64,000 nucleotides of DNA from NCBI RefSeq assembly GCF_037042905.1, contig NC_087254.1, positions 3,534,001 to 3,598,000 of the forward strand, read 5' to 3'. Positions within the stretch are counted from its first letter, which is position 1. Each line of letters starts with the position of its first letter. Below, one piece after another: positions 61,501 to 64,000 of this stretch. The DNA is from Lytechinus pictus. Lineage: Eukaryota. The notes below the pieces were generated by a model. The model did not search any database, was not told the DNA's origin, and saw only the letters and a program-made list of their open reading frames with translations. The position numbers and the translations under genes were made by a program.

Positions 61501-64000
61501 CACAAACCTAGACATGCTGTTCATGGTAAATGTAATAATACCATTCATTGCGTAGTAGGCCTGATAAAACAACAACATAGAAAGTCACTTTGATTATAAG
61601 AGATGGGCACTCATTAAGGAGTTAAAGAATTCACTAACATGTGTCCGTCATTGTGCTCTGAATAACGTTCTCTTTATATTTGTCTACTTTCATCCTACCG
61701 TGTTCCGCCGTCAAGTCGGCCATGAGTTGAAAGAAGCATTCCATGTTTAGACATTGTTATTGCACAAATTCTATGCGCAGAAGATGGGTCAAAATCGATT
61801 TGCAGTTCTGGTTTACCATTGGTAATCTTAGTTCCGTGTGATTTATTTAGGAAAATGTATGCATATTTTAACATAGAAGCAATATTTTGATTGATTATCA
61901 GTCATTTATAATCCCATTTTTCAAATTTTCCTCCTACTATTCCAGAGATACATGGGTCATATCGTGTAGAGAGCGTTTATCTCTCAATATTATTTAGGCC
62001 GTTGTGTGCGTATCAAATAATAACATATTTTATGTCACGAAATCGTCTGCATCTTAACTTTGCTGCTTCAAATCTAAAGCATGTTGATTGAAAAGCATTT
62101 TCTAAAGTGGCATCAGCCAACAAAACCAAAACCAGGAAAGCTGTGCCTTTGTAAATAATCAGACACGTCTTGGTAGTCGCTATTGTCAAAACACCTGTAT
62201 GTTCTCATTAAGATGCACATGATCACTAGGCGGCGGATCTCGTTCGATGAAAGAAATGATAGCGTTGAATGTCCAAATCTAATAGGTGCATGGATTAAGC
62301 AACTTTTTCTTTTCTTTTGGTCAACAGTTGATAGGACTGACCCGTTGCTGTTCTGTCCAACCAACATCATAGAAGAGGTGGAGCTGGGATTGTCGACTTT
62401 AAGCATTCCTTTCGACAACCCGACTATCATGGACGCGTCCAACACTGCAATGATTACATCATCGAGCCATACATCTCCCTGGATGTTCCCAGTAGGTGAA
62501 ACAACCACTGTTACCTTTGATGGCAGAGATGAGAGTGGGAATGAAGGCTCCTGCTCACTCAACGTCACAGTAAATACAGGTACTTGTTGAATAGCATTGA
62601 TCCTCTACATTATTCATAGAAAATGAGTTAGAATGAATAAAAATATGTCCCAATTATCATCTCGAGATTATGATCACTCTTTTATGTTGATTATCTCTTT
62701 TTAATCATTGCGATTTAAAATGATCTGCTTTAGCGGCAGTTTTGAGAAGGGTGGCTTACCCGACACTTAAGAGAACATTATTGCTTTAATATTTAAAGGA
62801 TAGTCGCTGCAGTAGTAGATACTCGGTTGTGAGGGATCCTGGAAATGGGGGCCAATATTTTAACTCTGGTCGTCAGATGATATGGCGATCTTTCTAGCTA
62901 CAAAGCTCATTGTCTTTTTTGGAAGACCTTCCTGACCGCTTAAGATTTGAACATATTTGTAAATCAAGCATTACTCGACAAGGACCTGGCAACGAAGGAT
63001 TATCTATTGTTACTGGGGGTGCTGTGACAATGCTCATCACCCCCAGTAACAATAGAATAATCCTCCATGGCCAGTTGCAACAGCACACAATCTAGGCCTA
63101 CACAATCTAGATAAAATTTTGAAACGATAGTTTTATTTTGAATAATTGCATGTTTCCTTTTGTTTTTCAACCGCAGTTGACTCGACCAATCCGTTCCTTG
63201 TGTGTCCTGCAGACGTCAACATGACCATTGAGTTAGGACCAACAGAATATGAGATTCCTTTTCTTGACGCTATTGTCGTTGACTTGGCAATAACCACCCT
63301 ATCATCAAGTCACACTCCCCCAGGACCGTTTCCTGTAGGTTCCACTACTGTTGTAACATTCACAGCCATCGATGAGAGTGGAAATCAGGGCAATTGTTCG
63401 TTTAGCATTGATTTCAATATAGGTACGCTAAAATGATACTCGGATATATTATATATGTATATTTTTTTCAAACTCATTCATTTGGAAGGCATTCATAACC
63501 GTGATATTGGAACGTTGCATTGGTGCAGGAATTTATATGATTTTCAATTCAATGTAATTTACTTTGGTATTTTCCAAAACCGTGTACAAAAACGTAAAAA
63601 TTACCATATGATTGTGATTTTTAGCATGGTCAGCCCCCCCCCCCCACTTTGAAAACCGTTCCGCGGCCCCTGAGAAGTAAACGTAATGTTTTTTTTTAAT
63701 TTGATTAAAGTCGTTTATGCAGTTTAGTTAGGATTGTGATAAAATAAAACCAATCAAGTAATGATAATGAAACTAACTGAAATATGATCTGAACAGATTC
63801 CCACTCAGGTCTAAAAGTATACATTTAATCGTCCATTTCCCTTTATACAGTTGACACAACAGGACCAACGGTCACATGTCCACCTAGCGTCACGGAAATA
63901 GTGGAGAGTACCCAACCAGCAGTGGTCACCTTCGACAATGCTACAGCCACTGACCTGTCCGGCGTCGTGATATTTGTTTCTCAATCTGCCCAGTCCGGAG
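43490..64000 (+). CDS. Gene B (3'-partial, 16 exons in window): hyalin-like HYR-repeat extracellular protein
   Basis: join(43490-43556,47882-48097,49580-49831,51244-51345,54037-54285,54695-54946,55304-55543,56573-56842,57104-57358,57744-57995,58487-58732,59565-59819,60559-60810,62328-62579,63177-63422,63851->64000). All introns phase 1 and GT-AG; HYR consensus D-x-x-P-P-x3-CP...V-x-W-x-EPTA-x-D...PG-x-x-F-x-VG-x-T-x-V-x-Y-x-A-x-D...C-x-F-x-V. Confidence 0.9.
43669..45310. mobile_element. TIR element rich in CAATTG/CCAAT motifs, with a nested LINE-like tail at about 43930-44278
   Basis: cccagggcaaaattc...gaaattcgtcctgg imperfect TIR; internal duplication 43740-43920 vs 44280-44425. Confidence 0.6.
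47235..47790 (-). mobile_element. Tx1/L1-clade LINE 3' fragment (zinc knuckle, AATAAA, A-rich tail)
   Basis: NFNFNFMYNLLPT...ICSECNKLSDLFHLFWLCTEVDKFW. Confidence 0.82.
47882..48097 (+). CDS. Gene B exon: HYR repeat 1
   Basis: aacag|TG GTG TGT CCG...ACAG|gtgagc; 216 nt. Confidence 0.85.
48412..49098 (-). mobile_element. Degraded piggyBac-type MITE related to 22418-23189
   Basis: ctaaatagact...cccaagaagacgg at the left end, ccagtcgtattaggg at the right; body matches the reverse complement of the 22418 element. Confidence 0.7.
49580..49831 (+). CDS. Gene B exon: HYR repeat 2 (divergent, 3 Cys)
   Basis: aaag|CC...ACAC|gtaagt; 252 nt. Confidence 0.88.
50015..50540 (+). mobile_element. MITE family 2 copy with TCAA target duplication
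   Basis: tcaa|atggatgctccgggctgaa...ttcagcctggagtatcccct|tcaa. Confidence 0.8.
51244..51345 (+). CDS. Gene B exon: truncated EGF-like module (GSDVCRCLPCPNGETCNLVQGSTESYTCVMQAG)
   Basis: atag|AG...GGAG|gtaagt; 102 nt, phase 1-1; absent from the ORF track. Confidence 0.78.
51390..51877. mobile_element. MITE with ~45-bp TIRs
   Basis: caggccagcgtcttacaaagagctgcgattgatcc...ggatcaatcgtagctctttgtaagacgctggcctg. Confidence 0.85.
52426..53982 (+). mobile_element. TTAA-TSD MITE family 1, interrupted by a nested HINE
   Basis: ttaa|aggtcaagtccacccc...gtggacctgtcct|ttaa. Confidence 0.85.
52601..53633 (+). mobile_element. HINE/DINE-1-like element, second family, ~170-bp cores
   Basis: SubTIR agctcatccgg/ccggatgagct, 5' hairpin partner gatgagct, (CGTC/TGTC)n, 3' palindrome cacatcattgatgtg; cores at 52827, 52998, 53168; inserted in a T-run. 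Confidence 0.85.
54037..54285 (+). CDS. Gene B exon: HYR repeat 3
   Basis: ccag|AT...ACAG|gttaga; 249 nt. Confidence 0.92.
54695..54946 (+). CDS. Gene B exon: HYR repeat 4
   Basis: acag|CG...ACAG|gtatcc; 252 nt. Confidence 0.92.
55304..55543 (+). CDS. Gene B exon: HYR repeat 5 (divergent)
   Basis: acag|AG...GTAG|gtaagt; 240 nt. Confidence 0.9.
56017..56532 (+). mobile_element. TTAA-type MITE family 1
   Basis: aggtcaaaaccacccc...ggggtggacttgtcct|ttaa. Confidence 0.83.
56573..56842 (+). CDS. Gene B exon: HYR repeat 6
   Basis: atag|AC...GATG|gtatgt; 270 nt. Confidence 0.9.
57104..57358 (+). CDS. Gene B exon: HYR repeat 7
   Basis: gtag|GA...GTAG|gtaggc; 255 nt. Confidence 0.92.
57744..57995 (+). 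CDS. Gene B exon: HYR repeat 8
   Basis: acag|TC...GGAG|gtaagg; 252 nt. Confidence 0.92.
58487..58732 (+). CDS. Gene B exon: HYR repeat 9
   Basis: gcag|CT...GCTG|gtatgt; 246 nt. Confidence 0.92.
58764..59150. mobile_element. MITE with 14-bp TIR
   Basis: aggccaagagcatt...aatgctcttggcct. Confidence 0.65.
59565..59819 (+). CDS. Gene B exon: HYR repeat 10
   Basis: acag|TC...ATGC|gtgagt; 255 nt. Confidence 0.92.
60559..60810 (+). CDS. Gene B exon: HYR repeat 11
   Basis: gcag|AG...GAAG|gtacga; 252 nt. Confidence 0.92.
62328..62579 (+). CDS. Gene B exon: HYR repeat 12
   Basis: acag|TT...ACAG|gtactt; 252 nt. Confidence 0.92.
63177..63422 (+). CDS. Gene B exon: HYR repeat 13
   Basis: gcag|TT...ATAG|gtacgc; 246 nt. 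Confidence 0.92.
63851..64000 (+). CDS. Gene B exon: HYR repeat 14 (runs off window)
   Basis: acag|TT GAC ACA ACA GGA CCA ACG GTC ACA TGT CCA = VDTTGPTVTCPPS...FDNATATDLSG. Confidence 0.9.

Noticed and set aside
56533-62568. Minus-strand ORFs over HYR exons (and 11199..11414 over FN3)
   Set aside because: Antisense shadows of coding exons, with no independent splice or domain evidence.
43490-64000. Naming gene B as the hyalin orthologue
   Set aside because: HYR repeats occur in many echinoderm proteins; orthology cannot be shown without a search and the 3' end is missing.

Overview
AT-rich eukaryotic genomic DNA with spliceosomal GT-AG introns and two assembly gaps. HYR repeats, fibropellin-style EGF exons and the repeat families suggest an echinoderm, probably a sea urchin (inference). 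Two co-oriented + strand multi-exon genes were reconstructed by hand from splice sites and reading phase. Gene A (3945-29112, 5' end outside the window) is a single-pass membrane protein: [EGF]x6-FN3-FN3-EGF-cbEGF-SEA (RQG/SVI autoproteolysis motif)-EGF-TM-short cytoplasmic tail, a HEG1/MUC13-like membrane-proximal module on a Notch-like EGF array. Gene B (43490 to beyond 64000) is a signal-peptide-bearing hyalin-like protein: 2 HYR, a truncated EGF, then at least 12 more HYR repeats, one domain per phase-1 exon. The rest is a dense set of transposons: Tc1/mariner-, Kolobok- and piggyBac-type MITEs, Helentron-associated (HINE/DINE-1-like) elements with internal tandem arrays, a foldback-like element, a decayed Tx1/L1 LINE, CR1/L2 fragments, and GT-rich and GAA-rich satellites. 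The most notable observations are an intact EGF exon whose acceptor reads CAA instead of CAG, a pair of inverted 1-kb MITEs bracketing five symmetric EGF exons (candidate back-splicing or skipping module), direct repeats bracketing in-frame domain modules, and a spaced array of GCGAAGC mini-hairpins. No prokaryotic system, CRISPR array or RNA gene was found.
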